64,000 nucleotides of DNA, from contig CAAECF010000109.1 in the NCBI GenBank assembly GCA_900754275.1, positions 674 through 64,673 on the forward strand. Reading direction: 5' to 3'. The notes under the pieces were generated by a model. It was not told the DNA's origin, searched no databases, and worked only from the letters and a program-made list of their open reading frames with translations. This document shows positions 56,564-64,000 of this stretch, one piece after another. Every line of letters starts with the position of its first letter. Position 1 is the stretch's first letter. The position numbers were made by a program, and so were the translations under genes. Source of the DNA: an uncultured Collinsella sp. (lineage in GTDB: Bacteria; Actinomycetota; Coriobacteriia; Coriobacteriales; Coriobacteriaceae).

Positions 56564-57502
56564 ATGACCCTCCAGCAGCTTCGTTTCCTAATCGCCGTAG
56601 CAGAGTCCGGCTCAATCAATGCCGCAGCTCAACGCCTCTATACCGCTCAGTCCAACATCTCAAACGCCGTCAAAAGCCTGGAACAGGAGCTCCACCTGGA
56701 GATCTTTACGCGCTCCAGCCGCGGCGTCACGCTCACCAACGACGGCACCGAGCTTTTGGGCTATGCGCGCCAGGTCGTAGAGCAGGCCGACATGCTCGAG
56801 GCGCGCTACGAGGACGGCGGCACCCCGCAAGCCCGCCTCGCCATTTCCGCCCAGCACTACGCCTTTTCGGTCGAGGCCTTTGTCAACGTGGTCGAGCGCT
56901 GCCGCGACAGCAAGTTCGAGTTCATCATGCGCGAGACCACCACATCGCAGATCATCGATGACGTCCGCGCATTTCGCAGCGATATCGGCATTCTGTATCT
57001 GGATGACTTTAACGCCCGCGTTCTGCAGAGGGCCTTCGCCGATGCCCGCGCAAGCTTCCATCCCCTCTTCGACGCGACGGTCCACGTCTTCGTTAGCGAG
57101 CGCCACCCGCTCGCACGCCGCCCTCAGCTGTCCCTTGCCGACCTTACACCCTATACGCGCTACAGCTTTGAGCAAGGCACCTCGAACTCCTTCTATTACG
57201 CCGAGGAACCTTTTAGCTATATCCCTTGCGACCGCAACATACGAATCTCGGACCGCGGAACACTTACTAACTTACTTATCACGTCGAACGGTTACACCCT
57301 GTCGACCGGTGTCCTCTCCAATGAAATGCAATGGGGTATGGCATCGATCCCGTTAGCAGACGCCCCAACGATGCACGTAGGCTATATCATGCACGACGAG
57401 CGCAAGCCCTCTCCCCTCTTGCAGCAATACCTCGACGAGCTCAACCGCATCATCCATGCCAACCAACTGTCGGAAGACGGGGTAGAAATCGTAAATTGCT
57501 AG
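56564..57502 (+). CDS. LysR-family transcriptional regulator, divergent from metY
   Basis: N-terminal HTH (LQQLRFLIAVAESGSINAAAQRLYTAQSNISNAVKSLEQEL) and LysR substrate-binding domain. Confidence 0.85.
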   Translation: MTLQQLRFLIAVAESGSINAAAQRLYTAQSNISNAVKSLEQELHLEIFTRSSRGVTLTNDGTELLGYARQVVEQADMLEARYEDGGTPQARLAISAQHYAFSVEAFVNVVERCRDSKFEFIMRETTTSQIIDDVRAFRSDIGILYLDDFNARVLQRAFADARASFHPLFDATVHVFVSERHPLARRPQLSLADLTPYTRYSFEQGTSNSFYYAEEPFSYIPCDRNIRISDRGTLTNLLITSNGYTLSTGVLSNEMQWGMASIPLADAPTMHVGYIMHDERKPSPLLQQYLDELNRIIHANQLSEDGVEIVNC

Positions 57503-57565
57503 CCCCCGGCGGGCATGGCGCTACAATGGTCACCCACACGAAACGTACCCAACGAAAGGAAGCCC

Positions 57566-58051
57566 GTGAAGGTCATCATCTATACCGACGGCTCGGCCCG
57601 ATCAAATCCGGGACGCGGCGGCTACGGCGCCGTACTCAAATACACCAACCCCGCCGGCAAGACCTTCACCTCCGAGCTTTCACGCGGCTACGCCAAGACC
57701 ACCAACAACCGCATGGAGCTCATGGCGGTCATCGTGGCGCTCGAGGCGCTCAACCGCCCCTGCGAGGTCGAGGTCCATTCCGATTCGCAGTACGTCGTCA
57801 ACGCTTTCAATAAACACTGGATCGACGGCTGGAAAAAGCGCGGGTGGAAAACTGCCAACAAGCAGCCCGTTAAGAACCGTGACCTGTGGGAGCGCCTGCT
57901 TGCCGCAAGGAGCAAGCATAAGGTGGAGTTCATCTGGGTTAAGGGCCACGCCGGCCACGAGCTCAACGAGCGCTGCGATGAGCTCGCCACCACGGCGGCC
58001 GACGGCAGTAACCTCGATATCGACACCGGCTTTAACGAGAGCGACCTGTAA
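57566..58051 (+). CDS. rnhA: ribonuclease HI
   Basis: IYTDGS...NNRMEL...HSDSQYV...[18 protein letters not shown] catalytic DEDD/H motifs. Probable GTG start at 57566 with a GAAAGGAAG RBS; the track ORF starts at 57515. Confidence 0.8.
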   Translation: MKVIIYTDGSARSNPGRGGYGAVLKYTNPAGKTFTSELSRGYAKTTNNRMELMAVIVALEALNRPCEVEVHSDSQYVVNAFNKHWIDGWKKRGWKTANKQPVKNRDLWERLLAARSKHKVEFIWVKGHAGHELNERCDELATTAADGSNLDIDTGFNESDL

Positions 58052-58124
58052 CGGCGTTTTCGCACGCTTTTGTGTCCTCCCGCGCTACACTCGTCCTGTA
58101 GGCCAAACAACGCAAGGGGGACAC

Positions 58125-59231
58125 ATGCTGCGTATCGCAACCATCGGCACGTCCATGATCACCGACGACTTTATTCAGGTCGTCAATGCCAACGACCAGG
58201 CCGTATTCGTAGGCACGCTCTCGCGCAATGCCGAGCGCGGCGCCGCCTTTACTGCCGAGCACGGCGGCGAGCGAAACTTTACGTCACTCGATGAGCTTGC
58301 GGCAGCCGCCGGCGTCGATGCCGTCTACATCGGCAGCCCCAATGCGCTCCATTACGAGCAGGCGCTCGCCTGCATCGCCGGTGGCAAGCACGTCATCGTC
58401 GAGAAACCCTTCTGCGCCACCGAAGCGCAGGCGCTGGAAGTCTTCCGCGCTGCCGAGGCAGCAGGTGTCGTGGCCCTCGAGGCCATGCGTCCCCTCCACG
58501 ATCCCGCCTTCCACGCCATCGAGGACGCCCTGGGCGAGATCGCCCCCATCCGCCGCGCCTCATTGCGCTTTGGCAAGTATTCCTCGCGCTACAACGAGAT
58601 TCTCGCGGGACGCGCCACCAATATCTTCGACTGCCACATGGCCTCGGGCTCCCTCATGGACATTGGCGTCTACACCGTCGAGCCCATGGTCGAGATTTTC
58701 GGCATGCCCTCCGGCCTTACGAGCATGACTACTCTGCTCGACCCCACCACGCGACAGCTCACGCACGGCCCCATCGACGGCTGCGGTTCCATCCTCGCCA
58801 GCTACGGCGGTGGCCGCATCTCCGTCGAGCTCGCGCACTCCAAAATTACGAATGACCTGCTGCCCTCGCAGATAGAAGGCGAGCGTGGCACTATCCAGAT
58901 CGACCATCTGTCCACGCCCCGCAACGTCCGCATCGACTATCGCGGCGACGTCGTACGCGGCTCGGCGACCGAGGCACCGCGCGAACAGGGCGAGAACGGC
59001 CGCGTGCTCGACCTGCCCAAATCGAGCAACACTATGGAATACGAACTCACAGACTTTATCACCGCCATCGGCGGCATCGATAACGTTAAGGAAGAGATTT
59101 GGGAGACCCCGGCAGGACGCCACGAGCTTGGCCACTACCGCGATGTCACGCTCGTCTCACTGCGTATCATGGATGCCGTGCGCCGGCAGGCCGGCATTAC
59201 CTTCCCGGCCGACGCAGGCAAGCAGGCATAG
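58125..59231 (+). CDS. Gfo/Idh/MocA-family oxidoreductase
   Basis: MLRIATIGTSMI N-terminus, EKP motif (VIVEKPF); 368 aa. Confidence 0.8.
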   Translation: MLRIATIGTSMITDDFIQVVNANDQAVFVGTLSRNAERGAAFTAEHGGERNFTSLDELAAAAGVDAVYIGSPNALHYEQALACIAGGKHVIVEKPFCATEAQALEVFRAAEAAGVVALEAMRPLHDPAFHAIEDALGEIAPIRRASLRFGKYSSRYNEILAGRATNIFDCHMASGSLMDIGVYTVEPMVEIFGMPSGLTSMTTLLDPTTRQLTHGPIDGCGSILASYGGGRISVELAHSKITNDLLPSQIEGERGTIQIDHLSTPRNVRIDYRGDVVRGSATEAPREQGENGRVLDLPKSSNTMEYELTDFITAIGGIDNVKEEIWETPAGRHELGHYRDVTLVSLRIMDAVRRQAGITFPADAGKQA

Positions 59232-59233
59232 CG

Positions 59234-59644
59234 ATGGGCCTCTTCGATACGTTCTTCTCCAGCGTCACCGGCGGCAGTCGAGAGCCTCAAAAACCATCAA
59301 ACGTCGAGCTCGAGCTGCGCCGCAGGCTTACCGTACTCGCAAGCGACGAGGCCACTCAAGACACTCCCCTGCGCTATTTCCTGCACTGGACGGGGCAAGT
59401 CCAAGGCGTTGGTTTTCGCTTTACCAACACCAACCTCGCGCAGGCACGCGCACTCACCGGCTGGGTGCGTAACATGGAAGACGGCTCAGTCGAGATGGAG
59501 ATACAGGGAGCTCCGGCAAACATCCTATCTCATCTCGAGGCGCTTCATGCCTCCTACGAGCGCATGGGAACGCGTTTTCGCCTCGTAGACGCCCAGGCCC
59601 GAGCCCCACTTGCCAATGAAGACGGTTTCAGTCCTCATTATTAG
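59234..59644 (+). CDS. acylphosphatase-like domain protein
   Basis: VQGVGFR and GWVRN...DGSVE acylphosphatase motifs after a 45-aa N-terminal extension. Confidence 0.6.
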   Translation: MGLFDTFFSSVTGGSREPQKPSNVELELRRRLTVLASDEATQDTPLRYFLHWTGQVQGVGFRFTNTNLAQARALTGWVRNMEDGSVEMEIQGAPANILSHLEALHASYERMGTRFRLVDAQARAPLANEDGFSPHY

Positions 59645-59705
59645 TATTGTGTGCTAAATACGGTATCATTTACCTACGACCGTTAATAGAAAAGAGGCGG
59701 GGCGC

Positions 59706-60086
59706 ATGGCGGTGCAAAGAAGGAATACCAGGCAGCGAAAGCTGGTTCTTGACGCCGTGCGCCAAAGCTATAACCATCCCACCGCCGACGAAATCTACAA
59801 CGTCGTGCGCGCGCAGGATGACAAAATCAGCCGCGGTACGGTCTACCGCAATCTCAATCTCTTGGCCGACGCCGGCGAAATCCTCTCCATCAAGACGCCG
59901 GGCGGCAGCCGCTTCGATCGCACGATCGAGCCGCATGCGCATATCATCTGCACCTCGTGCAGCCGCGTCATCGACGTACCGCTCCCCTTCGATACCCAGC
60001 TCGACGCCAAGGCGTCCGAGCAAATCGGCTGGCACGTCACGTCGCACTACACCATCTTCGAGGGTCTCTGCCCCGACTGCCGGTAG
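59706..60086 (+). CDS. Fur-family metalloregulator (Zur/PerR-like)
   Basis: DNA-binding helix, HAHIIC...C and C-terminal CPDC zinc motif; 126 aa. Confidence 0.85.
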   Translation: MAVQRRNTRQRKLVLDAVRQSYNHPTADEIYNVVRAQDDKISRGTVYRNLNLLADAGEILSIKTPGGSRFDRTIEPHAHIICTSCSRVIDVPLPFDTQLDAKASEQIGWHVTSHYTIFEGLCPDCR

Positions 60087-60163
60087 ATGTTCGGGACATG
60101 CCTTAAAATCCACCTTTCCGCGCTTTGCAGCAAAAAATAGATTTCTAGGCATGTCCCAAATGT

Positions 60164-60961
60164 CTACTCAGCAAGTAGACGACGCAGCTCTTCTTCGACC
60201 GTGTGCACGTAACGGACGCGGTCGTTGATGTCACGCATAGAGGGATTGCAGCTCTCCATTAGATAAGGATGGCCCACTACGTTGAGCATGTCGCGGTCGT
60301 TTTCGTTATCGCCAAACGCCATCATCTCATCGGGCGAAATACCCAGGGCACGACCGTAATCGGCAAGCGCGGAGCCCTTGCCCGAACCGAAGCCGATAAA
60401 GTCCGTCCACTCGGTTCCCGACGTCATCACGTCAACACGGTCGCTAAAGAGGCGCTCGAAATACTCCAGGGCCGCCGGCTGATCCACCTCGGGCGTCTGG
60501 AAGGCAATCTTAATGACGTCCTCGTCGATGTCCTCGGGGCGGTCGACCACCGCCACATCGCAGTGGACCTCATAGCGCAAATGGTCGACGAACGCATCGT
60601 TGCCGCTCATGGTGTAGAGGTGTCCCTCACACGAAAGGGTCACGTCGGCATGGGGATACGCAACCACGGCATTCGCGATATCCAGAGCAAGGCTACGCTC
60701 CATGGAACGCTTGACAACGGCACGCCCCCCGCTCATCACCAGGGCTCCGTTTTCGCATACATAGGCGAGCTCATCGGCCACCGGGGCAAACAGGTAGCGC
60801 AAGCTCGCATATTGACGGCCGCTCGCCGGCATAAACACGATACCGCGACGATGCAGTTCATCGATGAGTTCAAAGGCCTCGGAACGCGGCTCGCGCTCCC
60901 CCGGATGCAGCAACGTGCCGTCCAAATCGCATGCAATCAGCTTGATTCCCTCAAGACCCAT
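60164..60961 (-). CDS. Cof-type HAD-IIB phosphatase
   Basis: IACDLDGTLL motif I, PASGRQ, GDNENDRDML motif. Confidence 0.8.
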   Translation of the reverse strand: MGLEGIKLIACDLDGTLLHPGEREPRSEAFELIDELHRRGIVFMPASGRQYASLRYLFAPVADELAYVCENGALVMSGGRAVVKRSMERSLALDIANAVVAYPHADVTLSCEGHLYTMSGNDAFVDHLRYEVHCDVAVVDRPEDIDEDVIKIAFQTPEVDQPAALEYFERLFSDRVDVMTSGTEWTDFIGFGSGKGSALADYGRALGISPDEMMAFGDNENDRDMLNVVGHPYLMESCNPSMRDINDRVRYVHTVEEELRRLLAE

Positions 60962-61044
60962 ATGCTTTCCCCCAAAGCACCTCATCAACAGCAAGACGGA
61001 CTTTGAATAGTTGCCTCTCAAAGTCCGTCTTACTCATACGCACG

Positions 61045-61623
61045 TTAACCGCGCGCCTTTTTTACGATCGTAAAGTCTGGAGCCATACTCACAACGGCAT
61101 CCGCCGCACTCGACGCAAAGCGCCGGTCCGCATCGAGTTCACGGGTAACCACCGAGAGCCGAACGCCCTCGACGCCCCGGAGCATGCGGCCCAAAACAGG
61201 CTGTACCGGCGTATACATGCGCACGGTATACTCGTCCGAATCGCCTCGGAAAAGCGGCGCGTGCATATTGCCGATCTCCCAGCACGCATGTGCGAGCGCA
61301 ATCGGGTCCATGCGGTCAACTTCGACCAAATAAACCTCGGCACTGCGCAGGCGCACGACAACCGCCACGGGTACCATGCCCGAACGGTCGATGGCGAGCA
61401 CGTCGCCGTCGGTAAGACGACCGTCGTCGGCAGCATCCAGCCGAACATCGACCGTGCGCCCCAGCTCCGTCACGCCCACAAGCGCGCATACATCAGCCTG
61501 GTCCCAATCGAGCATCAGCTCGTCAACTTCAAAGACCCCGCCCAACTTCCGGCGAAGCAGGAGTTCATAGGACGGATCGTTGAGATTTCCCAAGCATGTC
61601 GTCGAAACCAAGCGTTCAGGCAT
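61045..61623 (-). CDS. UreE-like metallochaperone domain protein
   Basis: LAHACWEIGNMHAPLF resembles the UreE C-terminal signature (LAKACYHLGNRHVPL). N-terminal beta-domain pattern is also similar. No His-rich tail and no urease genes in the window. Confidence 0.45.
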   Translation of the reverse strand: MPERLVSTTCLGNLNDPSYELLLRRKLGGVFEVDELMLDWDQADVCALVGVTELGRTVDVRLDAADDGRLTDGDVLAIDRSGMVPVAVVVRLRSAEVYLVEVDRMDPIALAHACWEIGNMHAPLFRGDSDEYTVRMYTPVQPVLGRMLRGVEGVRLSVVTRELDADRRFASSAADAVVSMAPDFTIVKKARG

Positions 61624-61626
61624 ACT

Positions 61627-62055
61627 CTAACCCTCGACCTCAACGAGCTCGATATCAAAGTTGAGGTCCTTGCCGGCCAGCTCGTGGTTGGCGTCGAGCG
61701 TCACGGCCTCGGGCGTTACGTCTATGACCACGGCGGGGACGGGCATGCCGCTCGGCGTGGACAGGAAAAGCTTCATGCCCTTCTCGATCTGCTCGATGTT
61801 GGGAACCTGTTCGGCCGGGAAGGTAATAACCATCTCGGGATTGTGCTCGCCGTAGGCATCGGCAGCAGGAATGTGCACGGTCTTCTTCTCGCCCACCTGC
61901 ATGTCGACAACAGCGGCGTCGAAGCCCTTGATCATCTGACCGGCGCCGCAGGTAAACTCCAGCGGCTCGCCGCGATCGTAGGAGCTATCGAACTGCGTGC
62001 CGTCGTCGAGCGTGCCGCGATAATGAGTCTTGACCTTCTTGCCCTGGTTGGACAT
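61627..62055 (-). CDS. FKBP-type peptidyl-prolyl cis-trans isomerase (SlyD-like)
   Basis: KVKTHYRGTLDDGTQFDSSYDRGEPLEFTCGAGQMIKGFD FKBP fold with an IF-domain insertion. Stop is 3 nt before the UreE-like start. Confidence 0.8.
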   Translation of the reverse strand: MSNQGKKVKTHYRGTLDDGTQFDSSYDRGEPLEFTCGAGQMIKGFDAAVVDMQVGEKKTVHIPAADAYGEHNPEMVITFPAEQVPNIEQIEKGMKLFLSTPSGMPVPAVVIDVTPEAVTLDANHELAGKDLNFDIELVEVEG

Positions 62056-62175
62056 GGTAACCTCCGTGATAAGGGCGGCGCACAACGCGGGCCGCCGTGA
62101 ACATATGGCGCTAACTATACCCTAGTCATACAATTCAAAGACAGTTTGCAAAGAAACGCTGCAACCGGAGGAACC

Positions 62176-63189
62176 ATGGCATATCCCGTATTTGACCTAC
62201 ACTGCGACACCGCCGACCGCATCGGCTGGGCCACGCTCGATCTCGACCTGCGCTTTACCGCCGGCACCGACGGTTATTTCCCCGGTGACGAAACGCATCC
62301 GCAAGATTTCGACCTCATCGAGGGCAATGCCTGCGCCATCTCGCTCGCAAAGATCGGCAACACGCCATGGGCACAGTGCTTCGCCACGTTTGTCCCCGAC
62401 GAGATCCCCACCGCCCACGCCGCGCGCTTCCAGGCGCAAATCATGGCGCACATGAGCGGCCAGGCAATGCTCAACCACGACCGCATGGTCAACGTGCGCA
62501 GCGCCGCAGACATTCGCCCCGCGCTCAAGGACGGCAAAGTCGCCTGCATCCACACCATCGAAAACGCCACGTTCTTTGCCGAGGACCCCGCGCTGATCGA
62601 GGTGCTCAAGAGCCTGGGCGTACTCATGTCGTCACTCAGCTGGAATGCGCAGGGGCCGCTCGCGAGCGGACACGATACCCACGCCAGCCTCACCGCCGCC
62701 GGCATCGAGGCACTTACGCAGATGGAGCACGCCGGCATGGTGCTTGACGTCTCCCACCTCAACGATGAGTGCTTTGACGAGGTTGTCGCCCGCGCCACGC
62801 GTCCCTTCGTCGCCAGCCACTCCAACTCCCGTGCGGTTTGCGGCGCCAAACGCAACCTTACCGACGACCAGTTCCGCACCATTCGCGACATGGGTGGCAT
62901 CGTCGGCCTCAACTACTGCAGTGAGTTCCTTTCCAACGACGCAACCGACAAGACTGCCGCAGACGTCACCTTCGACCAGCTAGCGGCACATATCGAGCAC
63001 TGGCTCGACCTGGGCGGCGAGGACGTCATCGCGCTCGGCGGCGACTGGGACGGCGCCACTGTGCCCGCTTTCCTCTCCGATGCCAGCAAGATGCCCGAGT
63101 TCCAGAACATGCTTTCCAAACATTTTGGCAAGACCGTGATGCAGAAGCTCTGCAGCGACAACGCGCTTGCCTTCTTCGAGCGTTATTAA
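62176..63189 (+). CDS. M19-family membrane dipeptidase
   Basis: VFDLHCDT N-terminal metal-binding motif, HxD and downstream His ligands; GGAGG RBS; 337 aa. Confidence 0.8.
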   Translation: MAYPVFDLHCDTADRIGWATLDLDLRFTAGTDGYFPGDETHPQDFDLIEGNACAISLAKIGNTPWAQCFATFVPDEIPTAHAARFQAQIMAHMSGQAMLNHDRMVNVRSAADIRPALKDGKVACIHTIENATFFAEDPALIEVLKSLGVLMSSLSWNAQGPLASGHDTHASLTAAGIEALTQMEHAGMVLDVSHLNDECFDEVVARATRPFVASHSNSRAVCGAKRNLTDDQFRTIRDMGGIVGLNYCSEFLSNDATDKTAADVTFDQLAAHIEHWLDLGGEDVIALGGDWDGATVPAFLSDASKMPEFQNMLSKHFGKTVMQKLCSDNALAFFERY

Positions 63190-63263
63190 TTTCACATCCC
63201 TTGAGCGGGCCGGCATGCCGAACGGTCGACATGCCGGCCCGTCCCCAATCTGAAGGACCGCTT

Positions 63264-64000
63264 TTGACGCAGCAGTTTACGATTTCCGTATCCCGACCGG
63301 ATGGGACGCCCATCCCCGTCGTCGTTACCAAAAAGCGCGTCAAGAACTTCAACCTACGCGTCACATCGAGCGGTGAGGTCCACGCAAGCGCACCGCTCGG
63401 CGCCAGCCGCGAGCGTATCGAAGCGTTTGCGAAGCGCAACAGCGCCTGGATTATCAGCCGACTTGCCCAGCGCGAGCAACGTCAGACGACGGCACAGGAG
63501 TCGCTCAGTCCCCGCTCGATCATTGCACTTTGGGGCAAGCCCATCACGGTACAGGATGCGCTCGATCACAACTTTGCATCACCCGCACCGCGACCCAAGC
63601 AGGCTACCTTCGCAAGTTTTATGGGTACCGACGAGCCAAGTGGGTGCACGCAGGCAAAGCAGCGCACAGCCCTCGACGGCCTAACGCCCAAAGAACTCCA
63701 GACCCACATCGACCAGCTCTATACGTCCGAAGTCACTTCGGCGCTACGCGATATTGTGCACGCATACGAAATCGCAATGGGCGTCGCCGTTTCCCGCGTT
63801 TCCGTACGCAGCATGAAAACGCGTTGGGGCTCATGCACGCCCAAATCCGGCGCCGTTCGCATCGCACGAGAACTTGCCGCCTATCCCGTCGAATGCCTCG
63901 ACATGGTTGTCGCCCACGAGCTCGTCCACTTGCTCGAGCCAAGCCACAATCAGCGGTTTCACGCCCTGCTCGACACGTACTGCCCCAACAATAGAGCGCT
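63264..64000 (+). CDS. YgjP-like/DUF45 (M48-family) metal-dependent hydrolase, 3' end beyond window
   Basis: Open frame from a TTG at about 63264 (GAAGGA RBS) to the window end. SMKTRWGSC and HELVHLLEPSHN signature motifs. Absent from the track because it is truncated at the window edge. Confidence 0.65.
   Translation, partial: MTQQFTISVSRPDGTPIPVVVTKKRVKNFNLRVTSSGEVHASAPLGASRERIEAFAKRNSAWIISRLAQREQRQTTAQESLSPRSIIALWGKPITVQDALDHNFASPAPRPKQATFASFMGTDEPSGCTQAKQRTALDGLTPKELQTHIDQLYTSEVTSALRDIVHAYEIAMGVAVSRVSVRSMKTRWGSCTPKSGAVRIARELAAYPVECLDMVVAHELVHLLEPSHNQRFHALLDTYCPNNRA

Noticed and set aside
60087-60163. 10-bp inverted repeat GGGACATGCC...GGCATGTCCC with 50-nt spacer between fur-family and Cof genes
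   Set aside because: The loop is too large for an intrinsic terminator and no T-run follows. Possibly a protein-binding palindrome, but evidence is thin, so it is not listed as a feature.
61003-62100. 365-aa plus ORF opposite the UreE-like/SlyD-like genes
   Set aside because: Shadow ORF. The FKBP domain on the minus strand is clear.

Overview
This is a 64 kb chromosomal window from a high-GC (about 60-65%) Gram-positive bacterium. Gene content suggests an Actinobacteria/Coriobacteriia-like organism (DapH-type lysine pathway, Cheo-type LexA box, YolD/UvrX pair, ATP-grasp ligase with Asp racemase); this is inference only. Most of the window is densely packed housekeeping genes. These include a lysine-riboswitch-controlled lysA-dapA-dapB-dapH operon, ldh, nadE, ettA, pgi, metY with a divergent LysR regulator, rnhA, nfo, a Fur-family regulator, amino-acid ABC transporter genes and a sugar/nucleoside operon. 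Several accessory segments stand out. (1) A roughly 4 kb low-GC islet (about 18.4-22.4 kb, minus strand) encodes DUF2087 regulator -> MFS exporter -> 773-aa B12-binding radical SAM enzyme -> a 36-aa acidic ORF with a perfect RBS -> intrinsic terminator. It looks like a compact, probably undescribed radical-SAM RiPP-type peptide-modification and export cassette, and is the best candidate for a novel system. (2) A roughly 3.5 kb insertion at the 3' end of pgi is flanked by direct repeats that duplicate the pgi 3' end and terminator. It carries a VirD4-like coupling protein, a ClpP-like protease and a hypothetical protein, and looks like a decayed integrative/mobilizable element. (3) A 226-bp MITE-like element has 28-bp terminal inverted repeats. 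(4) Two copies of an 80-nt leader hairpin with four compensatory stem substitutions lie upstream of nfo and an oxidoreductase gene. (5) lysA and dapA are in one frame with no intervening stop, giving a predicted fusion ORF. No tRNA, rRNA or CRISPR was detected. Coordinates of internal starts were computed from ORF-track ends plus amino-acid offsets and may be off by a few nt.
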